A DNA stretch of 64,000 nt from Vicinamibacteria bacterium (GCA_963763095.1 CAVXNR010000027.1:4878-68877), one strand, 5' to 3'. Shown: positions 10,345-21,209, counted from the stretch's first letter. The notes: generated by a model not told the origin, from the letters alone. Program-made: numbers and translations.

Positions 10345-11859
10345 TCACGCTCGCGGATCTCGTGAAACACTAGTTTCACGAACCTCTTTCAGCGCGGCAT
10401 AGAGGTGGCGATATTGCGGATAGAACGCGTCATAGCGCCTGGCGTTCGCTTCATTCGGCTCGATGATGCGTGCCGTGCGGACCATGGCATTGGCGCCGTC
10501 CTCGATGGTCGAGAAGCGTTCCGCGCCGCGGGCTGCGAGGATGGCGCAGCCGAGCGCGGGCGCGTCCGGTACTTCGGTCAGCTCCAGCGACGCGCGGATC
10601 GTGTCGGCATGAATCTGCAGCCAGAGGGGGGACTGTGTGGCACCGCCTGCCACGACAATCCGCCTTGCCTGGAAGGCTGCGCCGAAATTCTCGACAATCA
10701 GCTTCGTGCCGAGGCAGATGCCTTCGATGATCGCTCGATAGACGTGGGCCGGCGTGTGCTTCAGCGTCAGGCCGGTGATGGCGCCGCGGGACGCGGCATC
10801 TGTATAGGGCGTGCGGTTGCCCTGGAAATGATCGAGCACCAGCAGCCCTTCGCAGCCCGGGGCAATCTTCGCGGCTGCCTCATTCAACGCGTCGAACGTT
10901 GTCTGAGACGCGAAGTGGCGCTGGAACCAGGCAATGACCGATCCGGTCGAGGTCTGCCCGCCCTCGATGATCGGTTTATCGGGGTAGACAGCATCCATAT
11001 AGGTACCCCACACCCCGGGCGCGTGGACCGGCCGCGCCACAATGCCGAGATGCAAATGCGAGGATCCGGTGATGAGGGCCATCTCGCCCGGCTCGGTGAC
11101 GCCGAGCCCGATCATGCCGATGAAGGCATCGGCTCCGCCCTGCGCCACGGGAATGCCCGCCTGAAGGCCGAGATGCGCGGCCGCATCTCTCCTGAGACCA
11201 TCGATCACATCACCAGGCCGCACGATCACTGGCGGCCACTTCTCCTCGAGATCCGAGAGTCCCAGCTTCTCGATCAAGGAGAGCGGCAATCCGCCCTCGC
11301 GGCTCCGGTAGTGCCAGCGCACGGCCATGTTGTTGAGCGAGGCGACCCAGCGACCGGTGAGGCGCCAGTTGATGTAATCCTGGTACTCGCAAATGCGCGC
11401 CGCCGCGGCGAACAGCTCCGGCTCATGGCGCTTCATCCAGAGCGATTTCGGGATCATCCATTCGGCGGAGACGGGCCCCCGGCCGTTGCTGTTGATGCGC
11501 AAGGCCGGATCGCCGCTTGCCGCAACATCGGCCGCTTCAGTGGCGGAGCGCACATCCATCCAGATCATGGCTGGGCGCAGCGGCTTGCCCTCCGCATCGA
11601 CCGCGACGACGGAGCAGCAGGTGGTGTCGATCGCCATTGCAATGACCTGGTTGGGGGCGATGCCGCCGGCTGCCAGCGCACCGCGCGTCGCCTGGCCCAT
11701 GGAGCGCCACCAGTCGTCCGGATTCTGCTCGGCCCAGCCCGGGTTGGGGAACTGGGTCTGATAGGCGCTGGCATGTGAGCCCTTGGGCCGCCCGTCGAGA
11801 TCGAAAACGATCGCCCTGATGCTCTCCGTTCCGCCGTCCACCCCGAGCAGATAGGCCAT
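10345..11859 (-). CDS. FGGY-family carbohydrate kinase (ribulokinase/xylulokinase-like)
   Basis: LLGVDGGTES, DTTCCS, WMDVR, GGADA, FQGNRTP, AGGATQS. Confidence 0.93.
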   Translation of the reverse strand: MAYLLGVDGGTESIRAIVFDLDGRPKGSHASAYQTQFPNPGWAEQNPDDWWRSMGQATRGALAAGGIAPNQVIAMAIDTTCCSVVAVDAEGKPLRPAMIWMDVRSATEAADVAASGDPALRINSNGRGPVSAEWMIPKSLWMKRHEPELFAAAARICEYQDYINWRLTGRWVASLNNMAVRWHYRSREGGLPLSLIEKLGLSDLEEKWPPVIVRPGDVIDGLRRDAAAHLGLQAGIPVAQGGADAFIGMIGLGVTEPGEMALITGSSHLHLGIVARPVHAPGVWGTYMDAVYPDKPIIEGGQTSTGSVIAWFQRHFASQTTFDALNEAAAKIAPGCEGLLVLDHFQGNRTPYTDAASRGAITGLTLKHTPAHVYRAIIEGICLGTKLIVENFGAAFQARRIVVAGGATQSPLWLQIHADTIRASLELTEVPDAPALGCAILAARGAERFSTIEDGANAMVRTARIIEPNEANARRYDAFYPQYRHLYAALKEVRETSVSRDPRA

Positions 11860-12222
11860 TCGCGTTCCTCTGAGCTGGTTGCTGGGGAATGTGGCACAGG
11901 CCTGCAGGCGATGCCAAATGTCGCTTCCGGATCCATTCCCGCGCGACCTGCTCGCGTCGCCAAGTGAACCGGTGCAGAAGCGCAGTGCCGTGGGGAAAGA
12001 GGACGCGGCCGAGCTTCCTGTCGTTCGCAAGCCGTAAACATCCCGCGTCAGCGGCTATCATCGTCGCCCACGATAGTTCTGTGGTCCGGTCCATGCGCAG
12101 GGGAGACAAAATGGCCTCAACACTCAGCGGCCGCTCGAGGCGAAGCCGAAACAACCGCCGCCGGCGACGACCGCCGGCAACGTTCAGCGAGCAACCGGCC
12201 GTGGCGTCCGGAGCGGCGCGAC

Positions 12223-13212
12223 GTGATTCGGCTTGCCGCTGCGTCAATGGGCGCAAGCCTGACGGGAGGCTTTCACGCGGCGGCCGTCGCTGCTCCCACC
12301 GGCGAATCCATACGCCGCTCGCAGAAACCGCTTCGGGCAGCGTTCTCGAACATCGGCCTGCAGGTGACCTGGTGCACGCAGGGAAAACAGGCCGCCGAGT
12401 TCTGGGGAAAGTTGTTCAACGTCGACGTCACGTGGTTCGACGGTGGGCTCTCCGCGACCCAGCAAAGAGCTGCGCTGGAGGAGATCGCGTCTCGCGACTG
12501 GGACTTCGTCGCCATTCAAGCCGTCGAGATCGACACGCTGGCAGCGCCTGTCAATCGACTGATTGAGGCGGGAATTCCCGTCATCGACATGGATACGCTG
12601 ATCGCGCCACTCGATCAGATCGCTGTACACACGTTTCTCGCTCCCGACAATGAATTCATGGGTGCCGTCGTGACCCAGGCGCTCGTTGACGCGATCGGTG
12701 GAACTGGCACGATCATCATGACGCAAGGAGCGCTCGGCCATACCGGCGCGCAGGGCCGTGCGCGCGGCTTCGAGTCCGTCATCGCGCGGCATCCGAACAT
12801 CGAAGTGCTCTCCACCGAACCCGCGGATTGGGATCCAGCGAAGGCGGCACAGCTGTGGGAGTCGTACCTCAGCACGTATTCGCACATCAGCGCGGCGTTC
12901 TTCCACAACGACGACATGGCGCTGGCCGCCCTGGAGGTGATGAAGGCGCGGAACCGCACGGATATCCGAGTCGGCGGGGTGGACGCGATGCCGCCCGCGA
13001 TCCATGCGGTGCTGGATGGCCGCATGCACGCGACCGTGCGGAACTCCTCCTGCCGCATTCATGGGGGCGCGATCGTGGCGGGCGTGGAGGCCGCGCTTGC
13101 GCCGAAGAAGGCTCCTGCGGCGCCTCCAAAGCAGATAATCATCGACGGACCGGTCGTCACGCAGGCGAATGCACCCGGCCTGTTGTGGATGCAAGATCAC
13201 TTTCTCATCTAG
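12223..13212 (+). CDS. Sugar ABC transporter substrate-binding protein (RbsB/Peripla_BP_4-like); true start probably further upstream
   Basis: GIPVIDMD, APDNEFMG, GHTGAQGRARGF, PADW, HNDDMALAA, GVD; in-frame upstream ERRDVIRL resembles a Tat motif, but no in-frame start codon precedes it. Confidence 0.88.
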   Translation: MIRLAAASMGASLTGGFHAAAVAAPTGESIRRSQKPLRAAFSNIGLQVTWCTQGKQAAEFWGKLFNVDVTWFDGGLSATQQRAALEEIASRDWDFVAIQAVEIDTLAAPVNRLIEAGIPVIDMDTLIAPLDQIAVHTFLAPDNEFMGAVVTQALVDAIGGTGTIIMTQGALGHTGAQGRARGFESVIARHPNIEVLSTEPADWDPAKAAQLWESYLSTYSHISAAFFHNDDMALAALEVMKARNRTDIRVGGVDAMPPAIHAVLDGRMHATVRNSSCRIHGGAIVAGVEAALAPKKAPAAPPKQIIIDGPVVTQANAPGLLWMQDHFLI

Positions 13213-13247
13213 ACCCAGTGCTCGCTTGTGCTGTCACTGAACCACTC

Positions 13248-13374
13248 ATGTGGGGCAGGGCTTCAGCCCTGCACATCCGTACAGCGCGAGCACGGCCTTA
13301 AAGGCCTGCCGGAGCGGAGCGTGGTGCAGGGCTGAAGCCCTGCCCCACATGAACATTGAAGGCCTGCCCCACAT
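13248..13374. repeat. Cluster of REP-like palindromes (GTGGGGCAGGGCTTCAGCCCTGC), inverted pair plus partial copy
   Basis: 13248-13276 forward, 13326-13350 inverted, 13357-13374 partial; between convergent genes. Confidence 0.85.
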
Positions 13375-13410
13375 CAGCGCTGCGTGTGGCACCGCAAAGC
13401 AGCACTGGGT

Positions 13411-14415
13411 CTAAGTGGCGAAGCCGTGCTGTCGACGATGCACAGGGCCGTCGAACATCTGCGACGACTTGAACAGCTCGAAGCGGCCGTCGGTCGCGAC
13501 GTCGCGCAGCCGGTCGGTCAGGGCCTTCTGGTCTTCCGCCGGCATCGGCGTGAAGTTCCGCGCGAGCGCGATTGCCTCGCGCAGCTGTTCCATCGACGTC
13601 AGCCCGACGACCTGCGACGCCACCGGCTGGCTGAGCGCGTAGCGATACGCCTCTGTCGCTGACAACCCGGCCTTGGCGAGGATGCCCGACCCGCCGCCAA
13701 ATCCCTTCATGCCGATGACGCCGACCTGCTTCTTCAGACAGACGGGGACGACGTGTTTCTGGAAGCTGCGATAGTGCACGTCGAGCACGTTGACCGGCAT
13801 CTGGCTCGTGTCCCACTCAAATGGCTTGTCGAGCATGGCCAGATGGATGCGCGGGTCCTTGTGGCCGGTGAACCCGATGTGGCGTACCTTGCCGGCCTTG
13901 CGCGCCTCGATGGCGGCCCGGATGCCGCCTCTGTCGAAGACCCAGTCCGGATCGCTGTCGTAGACCATCTCGTGAAACTGCCAGAGGTCGAGGTAATCGG
14001 TACGCAGGCGGCGGAGGCTGTCGTCGAGGCACCGCTTCGAGCCCTCGTAGTCCCGCTCGCAGTTCTTCGTCATGAGGAACGCCTTCGTGCGGCGGCCGTC
14101 GGCCAGCGCGCGCCCCATCACCTCTTCAGACCCGCCGTCGTGGTAGTCCCAGCAGTTGTCGAAAAAGGTCAGGCCTTCGTCGATCGCGGCGTGCATGATG
14201 CGAATGGCCTCGGCAGGGTCTTCGATCGCCCCGATGTGCCAGCCGCCCAGGCAGAGAATCGACACTCGCTGTCCTGTACGGCCGAGCGCTCTCGTGGGGA
14301 GTCCTGTTGCCGACGCGGGCTGCTGGCTGGACAGCACGTCATCGGCCAGCGCGGCGATGGCGGCGCCGGCCACCACCTCGGAGATGAACTCGCGTCGCGT
14401 AGTGGGATGGGTCAT
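13411..14415 (-). CDS. Aldo/keto reductase with Tat signal
   Basis: TRREFI Tat motif; LGGWH, FFDNCWDY, SLRRLRTDYLDLWQFH, GKVRHIGFTGH. Confidence 0.92.
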   Translation of the reverse strand: MTHPTTRREFISEVVAGAAIAALADDVLSSQQPASATGLPTRALGRTGQRVSILCLGGWHIGAIEDPAEAIRIMHAAIDEGLTFFDNCWDYHDGGSEEVMGRALADGRRTKAFLMTKNCERDYEGSKRCLDDSLRRLRTDYLDLWQFHEMVYDSDPDWVFDRGGIRAAIEARKAGKVRHIGFTGHKDPRIHLAMLDKPFEWDTSQMPVNVLDVHYRSFQKHVVPVCLKKQVGVIGMKGFGGGSGILAKAGLSATEAYRYALSQPVASQVVGLTSMEQLREAIALARNFTPMPAEDQKALTDRLRDVATDGRFELFKSSQMFDGPVHRRQHGFAT

Positions 14416-14729
14416 GGTCAGCCTCCCTTCGAGCGCAGAGCCTAGCGCGCACACCCACGTCGCGTCGAGCCAGTCGTCGGCTGGCGAACGACAGGGTTTG
14501 TTCTGGCCAGGCGCGGCGTGCGCTCCTGCTGGGAACGGGACTGTGCCGGGTCCGCGTATTGCACGCGTGCGCTCGCGAACAGCGGAGATGGCCTGCTGCC
14601 TCGCTGCGCGGAGGCGCCGCCGGGTGACGGGCTCGCGCCGACCGCCACCACATTGGAGAGCTGACTTGACGGGAGGCGACGCTGCGGACGCACCCCGATG
14701 GGTGCGTCCGTGTGCAGATGGGTGCCGCG

Positions 14730-15695
14730 TCAGCGGAGGATGTCGCGTCCGCCGTATGTCGTGAAGTCGCGCTCCAGCTCCTTGGCATGCGCCTCGTCCC
14801 GCGCGCGCGTGCCAAGGACGATGCCGCCCTCGCGGATGCCGCGGTCGTATGCCGCGGCGCGCTCCTCGGGGATGCCGGCGCCGATCAGTACTCCGACGAG
14901 CGTACCCGCGGCGCCGCCGGCGCCCGCACCGGCGATCGCACCGGCGAGCGGTCCCGCGACCACCAGGCCGATGCCCGGGATCACAATCGAAGTGGCCGCC
15001 GCGAGGAGCGCTCCGAGCGCGGCTCCGACCCCCATCCCTGCTGCACCGCCCACGCCCGCGCCCTCGGCTGCCTTCGAGCCGGTCTTGAACTCAGTCCCGG
15101 GCTTCACGTCGCCAAAGTGGCGTTGACGGGTCTCGTCCGACATGACGACGCTGATGTCGTCCGCCTGGTACCCGTGCTTGTTCGTGAGGTCGTGGTACGC
15201 ACGACCGGCCTGTTCGGGACTGTCGTACAGCCCGGTCACCAGGTTGCGGTCGCGCGTGCCGGTCCGATAACCCGACGTCGTCGCGTCGCCGAGCGCGTCG
15301 TTGGCATCCTGGCGCGCGCGACCGCTGGCGTTTTCGACTTCACCCTCGCGCATCATGCGGTCGAGCCCGAGCACCGACCCGGTCGCCTCTTTGACGGCGC
15401 CCTTCGCGCGCTCGCCCGTCGCGGCCGCTTCCTCCGTCATGCTGCCCGAGCCTCGCACCGGCGAGGTGCTCGTGTCTTTCACCGTTCGGCCGGGCACGCC
15501 GTCGGTCTCGTCGAACACGTCGTTGCTGGCCTGTCGCGCACGTCCTTCAGCATTCTCGAGCTCGCCTTCGCGCTCGAGACGACGGTTTCCGGTGATCGAG
15601 CCCGCAGCGTCTTTCGCCGCGCCCTTGGCGCGCTCGCCGAACGCTGACACCTCTTCGCGAACTGAATCATCACGGCGCGTGTTGTCGCCTGCCAT
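14730..15695 (-). CDS. Tandem CsbD-repeat / general stress membrane protein
   Basis: Two CsbD-like units (GERAKGAAKDAAGSITGN..EGELE; GERAKGAVKEATGSVLG..EGEVE) followed by a Gly/Ala-rich IPGIGLVVAGPL...GIPEERAAAY domain. Confidence 0.8.
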   Translation of the reverse strand: MAGDNTRRDDSVREEVSAFGERAKGAAKDAAGSITGNRRLEREGELENAEGRARQASNDVFDETDGVPGRTVKDTSTSPVRGSGSMTEEAAATGERAKGAVKEATGSVLGLDRMMREGEVENASGRARQDANDALGDATTSGYRTGTRDRNLVTGLYDSPEQAGRAYHDLTNKHGYQADDISVVMSDETRQRHFGDVKPGTEFKTGSKAAEGAGVGGAAGMGVGAALGALLAAATSIVIPGIGLVVAGPLAGAIAGAGAGGAAGTLVGVLIGAGIPEERAAAYDRGIREGGIVLGTRARDEAHAKELERDFTTYGGRDILR

Positions 15696-15973
15696 GCAGT
15701 CACCTCAGGTGAAAGCGGACCTCATCACGTAGTCCGCAGATCAGTTGAGCGAACCTCATCACGAGGTTCGCAGGGACCAGACAACAGGGAGCAACTACGC
15801 TGCCACCGAACAGCGTTGCCCAGGTGGAGCGGACGAGCTCGAGATCAGACGTTCCTCAGTACTCCCGAGGTGGCATCGTTTTGACCTCGACGGGCGCGTC
15901 GCGCTGCACCGGGATGGATCACGACGCGGAGGCGTGGTGTAGGGCGGCTGACAGTCCTCGAACGGCCGCAGGT

Positions 15974-18900
15974 TCAGCTCTTGTCCGGTGCCGGGCGAAG
16001 GCGGCCGATGGTAGCGGCCGACACTCTGCCGAGCCACGCCCTCGCCGCGTCACTCACCATCGCCTGTTCGAGGGCGTCGAATTTCACGTAGGCAACGGGC
16101 ACGAGCAGCAGCGTCAAGAACAGGCACAGCGACTGGCCACCGATGATGGTCATGGCAATCGCCGCGCGGCCAGTCCCGCCGATGCCGATGCCGAGCGCGG
16201 TCGGAATCAGACCGGCGACGATGGCCGTTGTCGTCATCAGGATGGGGCGGAGCCGCGTCCGGCACGACTCGACGATCGCCTCGCGGAGCGGCACGCCACG
16301 GGCCCGCAGCACGTTCGCGTAGTCCACCTGCAGGATCGAATTCTTCTTCACGATGCCGAGCAGCAACAGCATCCCGAGCGCGCTCCAGAGATTCAGCGTT
16401 CGGCCGGTGACCAGAAGCGTGAACAGCGCGAACGGCACGGCAATAGGCATGACCAGCATGATCACCACCGGCTGGAGGAAGCTCTCGAACTGCGAGGCCA
16501 GCACCATGTAGACGAAGATCATCGCGAGACCGATGGCCATGATCAGGTTGGCGGTGGTCTCGTCGAGGATTTTCGACTGCCCCTGCAGCTTGTACGACAT
16601 CGTCGGTGGCATCTTGAGACCAGCCAGAACCGCCCGGACGTCATTCGAGGCCTCGTCGAGCGCGTGTCCGGGCGCGACGTCGGCGATCAGACTGACGGCG
16701 AACTGCCGGTCCGAGCGCTGGAGCGTCGTCGGCCCGAGGCCGCGTTCGATGGTCGCGATGTTGTCGAGCCGCACCTGACCGGTGGCGGACGGCACGGTCA
16801 GCCGGCCGATCTCCGCCATGTCGCGCCGCTGATCCTCGAGCACGCGCATCTTCACCGGATACTGTTCCGGACCTTCCTTATAGAACGAGATCTCGTCGTC
16901 GCCGGCCACCGCGAGTCGCAGCGTGTTGCCAATGGTCGCCATCCGCACGCCGAGATCGGCCGCGCGCTTCCGATCGACGGCGACATGGATTTCGGGATTG
17001 GAGACGTTCAGGTTGATCTTGACGTCCGCGAGGCTCTCGAGTTTCTGTGCCGCGAGCAAGGCCTGCTTCGAATATCCGGCGATCTGGGTGAGGTCGGGGC
17101 CGAGAATGTTCGCGGCGATGGCGAACCCTCCGGTTCCTTCACCGCTGCCCAGCGCATTGCGCGCCGTGATCGATGGCCGGTAACTCGGGTAGGACGCGAG
17201 CCGCTGCCGCATCTCTGCAATGATGGCGGCCTGCGTGTTCCTGCGCTGGTCCATCGGCAGCGCCTGACACAGCAAATGAATATGGGACTGGGAGCCGGGG
17301 CCTGACACCCCGATTGACGGCTCGATCTGCGCGACGCCTTCGATGCCGTTCAGTTGCCGCAACAGCTTGAATGCCACCTCCGTAGTCCCCTCGAGAGACG
17401 TTCCCTCGGGCGCGTCGAGGTGGATCGTCCACTCGCCCATGTCCTCGTTCGGGACGAACTCGCGGCCGATCATGTAATTGAGCGGAATCATCGCCAGCGC
17501 CGCGATGACCGAGATGGCGATGATCACGCTGGATCGATCGAGCGCCCAATTCACCTGGCGCGTGTACCACACGTCGAGCCAGTGAAAGAACCCGCCCTCT
17601 TTCGTCTTCTGGTCCGCTGCGCCGTCCGACAGCTTCAGGAATCGCGAGCTGAGCATCGGCGTCAGGGTAAAGCTCACGAGCATCGAGACCATGATGGCGA
17701 ACGCCATCGTCCAGCCGAACGGGTTGATGTAACGCTTCGCGTATCCGTTCATGAAGGCGATCGGCAGAAAGATCACTACGAGCGAGACCGTTGTCGCCAT
17801 CACCGCGAGGGCGACCTCGCGGGTGCCCTGGATCGCGGCCTGGTAGGGCGTGCAGCCCTTCTCCTCCATGTAGCGGAAGATGTTCTCCAGCACCACGATC
17901 GCGTCGTCGATGACGATGCCTACTGAGAGCGTGATCGCGAGCAGCGTCATGTTGTTCAGCGTGAACCCCATGATCCGCATCAGGGTGAAGGACGCGATGA
18001 TCGATGCCGGAATCGCCAGCGCCGAGATGATTACGGCGCGGAGGTTGCGGATGAAGAACATCACGACGATGGTGGCGAAGAGCGCGCCGTAGACCAGGTG
18101 CTCCTCGAGCGAGGCGATCGAGGCGTAGATGTAGCGCGAGTCGTCGCGGACCACCGTGATCGTCACCGATGGCGGCAGCGATTGGCGGATGGTCTCGAGC
18201 TTGGCCCGCACACCCTCGATGACCGAGACCGTGTTCTCGCCCATCGCGCGCCTGACGTCCAGCATCACCGCCGGCGTATCGCCCAGCCACACGGCGCTGG
18301 TCGGCCGCTCGAAGCTGTCTTCCGCGCGACCGATGTCCGAGATGCGGATCGGCGTACTTCCCTTCGTCGCGACGACCACGTTGTTGAAGTCCTGCGCCGC
18401 ATCAACCCGTCCGAGCGTGCGGAGCAGCAGCTGGCCCTTGCCCTGCTCGACCGTGCCGCCGGGGATCTCGACGTTCTCCGCGACCACGGCGTCGCGCACC
18501 TGCGTCATCGACAACCCGTACGAACTGAGCTTCTCGATGTCGACGACGATGTGGATCTCCCGGGCCCGGCCGCCGCCGAGACTGACCTCGCCCACGCCGT
18601 TGACCGTCTGGATGACCCGGCTGATCTGCTTGTCGGAAAGCTCCGTGAGCGTCCGAAGGCTCATGCCCTTCGACGACACGATCAGCGACAGGACCGGATC
18701 CGCGTCGGGATCGACCTTGGTGATGACAGGAGGCAGCAGCTCGGGTGGGACGCGCTGGATGGCGCCGGCGACCTTTTCACGGACGTCGTTCGCGGCGTCG
18801 TTGATGTCGCGTTCGAGCACGAAGCGCACCGTGATGTTGGCTCTGCCCTCGGCAATGCGCGCCTGAATCTCGTCAATCCCGGACACGCCGCTGATGGCCT

Positions 18901-19102
18901 CCTCCATCGGCTCGACGACCGAGGTCGAGATCTCGTCCGGGCTTGCGCCGGGCAGGAGGAGCGACACGTTCACCGTGGCGGGATCGGCTCTCGGGAAGAG
19001 GTCCACGCCGAGGTCGCGGAAGGAGAACAGGCCGAGCACTACCAGCGACATCACGAGCATCGTCGCGGAGACGGGCCGGCGGACGCAGAATTCCGAGAGC
19101 AC
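15974..19102 (-). CDS. RND efflux permease (HAE1/AcrB-like)
   Basis: GIVIDDAIVVLENI, GIVKKNSIL, RLRPILMTT; GTG start at 19102 with GGAGG. Confidence 0.96.
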   Translation of the reverse strand: MLSEFCVRRPVSATMLVMSLVVLGLFSFRDLGVDLFPRADPATVNVSLLLPGASPDEISTSVVEPMEEAISGVSGIDEIQARIAEGRANITVRFVLERDINDAANDVREKVAGAIQRVPPELLPPVITKVDPDADPVLSLIVSSKGMSLRTLTELSDKQISRVIQTVNGVGEVSLGGGRAREIHIVVDIEKLSSYGLSMTQVRDAVVAENVEIPGGTVEQGKGQLLLRTLGRVDAAQDFNNVVVATKGSTPIRISDIGRAEDSFERPTSAVWLGDTPAVMLDVRRAMGENTVSVIEGVRAKLETIRQSLPPSVTITVVRDDSRYIYASIASLEEHLVYGALFATIVVMFFIRNLRAVIISALAIPASIIASFTLMRIMGFTLNNMTLLAITLSVGIVIDDAIVVLENIFRYMEEKGCTPYQAAIQGTREVALAVMATTVSLVVIFLPIAFMNGYAKRYINPFGWTMAFAIMVSMLVSFTLTPMLSSRFLKLSDGAADQKTKEGGFFHWLDVWYTRQVNWALDRSSVIIAISVIAALAMIPLNYMIGREFVPNEDMGEWTIHLDAPEGTSLEGTTEVAFKLLRQLNGIEGVAQIEPSIGVSGPGSQSHIHLLCQALPMDQRRNTQAAIIAEMRQRLASYPSYRPSITARNALGSGEGTGGFAIAANILGPDLTQIAGYSKQALLAAQKLESLADVKINLNVSNPEIHVAVDRKRAADLGVRMATIGNTLRLAVAGDDEISFYKEGPEQYPVKMRVLEDQRRDMAEIGRLTVPSATGQVRLDNIATIERGLGPTTLQRSDRQFAVSLIADVAPGHALDEASNDVRAVLAGLKMPPTMSYKLQGQSKILDETTANLIMAIGLAMIFVYMVLASQFESFLQPVVIMLVMPIAVPFALFTLLVTGRTLNLWSALGMLLLLGIVKKNSILQVDYANVLRARGVPLREAIVESCRTRLRPILMTTTAIVAGLIPTALGIGIGGTGRAAIAMTIIGGQSLCLFLTLLLVPVAYVKFDALEQAMVSDAARAWLGRVSAATIGRLRPAPDKS

Positions 19103-19112
19103 GTGGCCTCCG

Positions 19113-20321
19113 TTACCTGGTGACGACGACCAGAGCACCGTCGGTCAATGTGTCGACATCGGTGATGGCCACCCGTTCACCCTCCTTTACGCCGCTGGTG
19201 ATCTCGACGCGGTCGCCGAGCCGCTCGCCCACCTGGAGCTCGCGCGAGGCCAGCCGGTCGCCCTTGACGACGAAGACGCGGTTGACGCCGTACCGGTACT
19301 GGAGCGCGGCATGCGGCAGCGTGAGCACGTCGTCCACCTTGCCGCTCTCGACGTGGACGCGAACGAAGGTCCCTGGCTTCAGCGCCGCATCGGGGTTCGG
19401 AACCACCGCCTCGAAGGGGAACGCACGCGTGTCGGCATTCACGACCGGGCTGATGCGCGTCACCGTGCCGGTGAACGTGCGATCGCGGTACGCATCCACG
19501 TGCAGCTCCACTGGACGACCGTTGCTGATCCACGGCGCCATCCGCTCGGGCATTTCCGCCGTCACCTTCAGCGGATCGAGTCGGACAATGGCCATGACCG
19601 GCATCTGCGACTTGACGAGCTCGCCCAGGTTCACCAGCCGTTTCTCGACGAAGCCGTCGAACGCCGCCCGGATCTCGGTGTCGCGGAGCTGCCGGCCGGC
19701 CAGCTTCATGGCGGCCTCGGAGGCCTGGATGCTTGCGCGCAGGTTCCTCGCGCTCTGCAGCGCCGAATCGTAGCTGGCCTGCTTCGACTGCAGCGTTGTT
19801 CTCGCGTCGTCGTGCGCCTGCTGCGAGATGAGCATCTCCGCGAAGAGCTCGTCGGCCCGCGCGTATCTCTGGTTCGCCTGCACGAGATCTGCCTTGGCCT
19901 TCTGAACGTCAGGGGTCTGCTCGATGGGGGGCAGGTGCTGGGGATCGGGGGCGCCATACTGCGCGAGCGCTCGCGCCAGCGTCGCCTGCTGCTGCTCGTA
20001 GGTGTACTGCTGCTTTTCGTTGTCGATCTGGACGAGCACCTGCCCGTTTGTGACGCGATCGCCCAGATCCGCGAGAATCGCGCGAACGGTGCCCTCCGTC
20101 TCCGACGAAATCGTGACCTGGTCCACAGCCGCCAACGTGCCGACGACGTCTATAGATCGTCTGACCGAGTCCTTGACGACGACGGCCGTAGAGACCTGTT
20201 TCTCCGCGCCGTCGCGCGCCTGAGCGTCGGCTGTTTGCGTCCGGCCACACCCTCCAGCGGTCATGGCCAGGATCAGGAGCAGTGCGATTCCAGATGCGTT
20301 GTTCACGGTATGTGCGCGCAC
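19113..20321 (-). CDS. RND periplasmic adaptor (MFP) subunit
   Basis: Lipoprotein-like leader (AGGC), biotinyl-lipoyl-like ends, helical hairpin, LKPGTF; adjacent to RND permease. Confidence 0.93.
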   Translation of the reverse strand: MRAHTVNNASGIALLLILAMTAGGCGRTQTADAQARDGAEKQVSTAVVVKDSVRRSIDVVGTLAAVDQVTISSETEGTVRAILADLGDRVTNGQVLVQIDNEKQQYTYEQQQATLARALAQYGAPDPQHLPPIEQTPDVQKAKADLVQANQRYARADELFAEMLISQQAHDDARTTLQSKQASYDSALQSARNLRASIQASEAAMKLAGRQLRDTEIRAAFDGFVEKRLVNLGELVKSQMPVMAIVRLDPLKVTAEMPERMAPWISNGRPVELHVDAYRDRTFTGTVTRISPVVNADTRAFPFEAVVPNPDAALKPGTFVRVHVESGKVDDVLTLPHAALQYRYGVNRVFVVKGDRLASRELQVGERLGDRVEITSGVKEGERVAITDVDTLTDGALVVVTR

Positions 20322-20465
20322 GGGGCCAGCGGGAGCCTGGGAACGAGAGTACGAGCGCTCCGGCCATCGTACACGAGCCGATAGTATCAGCCATCGCGGC
20401 AGCTCGATGGTTCCAACAGCCAGGCGCAGACGTCGCCGGAAGGTCGCAGCCCTGAACGGCTGTCA

Positions 20466-20527
20466 ATGTGTGGGGCAGGCCTTCAGCCCTGCTGAATTCG
20501 ATGTGTGGGGCAGGGCTTCAGCCCTGC
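20466..20527 (+). repeat. Two tandem REP-like palindromes
   Basis: ATGTGTGGGGCAGG(C/G)CTTCAGCCCTGC at 20466 and 20501. Confidence 0.85.
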
Positions 20528-20579
20528 TGAAGAGCAGCCCAGAGCGAACGATAGCAGGGTAACTGCGCAGGAGCCATCA

Positions 20580-21209
20580 GTGAAACGCAACAGGTATCTC
20601 GTCCATCTAATGGTGGCGCTCCTCTTCGGGGGGGTGCCCCTGCCTGCTTCGGCCGAGCCACCGCCGGCGACGATGGCCGCGGCAACCGATCGGCTTCCGG
20701 CGATCCGCATCGACAACTTCGGAGAGATCAACGCGAACTACTACCGGGGCGGCCAGCCGAGGCGTTCAGATTATGCCGACCTGGCGGCCTTCGGCGTGCG
20801 GACGGTCGTCAACCTCACGAGCGACGATGCACAGGCCGATGAGCGGATCCGGGTCGAGCAGGCGGGCATGCAGTACGTCGGGTTGCCGATGACCACTCGC
20901 ATGGTGCCGACGTCCGACCAGATCGTTGAGTTCCTGCGGATCGTCAACGATCCGGCAAACCAGCCCGTGTTCGTGCATTGCGTGGGCGGGCGCCATCGCA
21001 CGGGGGTGATGACGGCGATCTATCGCATGACGTCGGATCGATGGACGGCAGCGCAGGCGTTTGCGGAGATGAAACGCTTCCGGTTCGGCGCCGATTTCCT
21101 GCACCCGGAGTTCAAGCAGTTCGTGTACGCGTTCCACAGGCCCACAGCAAAGCCCGCACCTGCGGTTGCGTCGGCAGCAGCTGCGCCGACGGCCGGCAAG
21201 CTGGATTAG
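20580..21209 (+). CDS. Exported Cys-based (PTP/dual-specificity) phosphatase
   Basis: Signal peptide, YRGGQP, VHCVGGRHRTG (CX5R); GTG start after CAGGAG. Confidence 0.88.
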   Translation: MKRNRYLVHLMVALLFGGVPLPASAEPPPATMAAATDRLPAIRIDNFGEINANYYRGGQPRRSDYADLAAFGVRTVVNLTSDDAQADERIRVEQAGMQYVGLPMTTRMVPTSDQIVEFLRIVNDPANQPVFVHCVGGRHRTGVMTAIYRMTSDRWTAAQAFAEMKRFRFGADFLHPEFKQFVYAFHRPTAKPAPAVASAAAAPTAGKLD

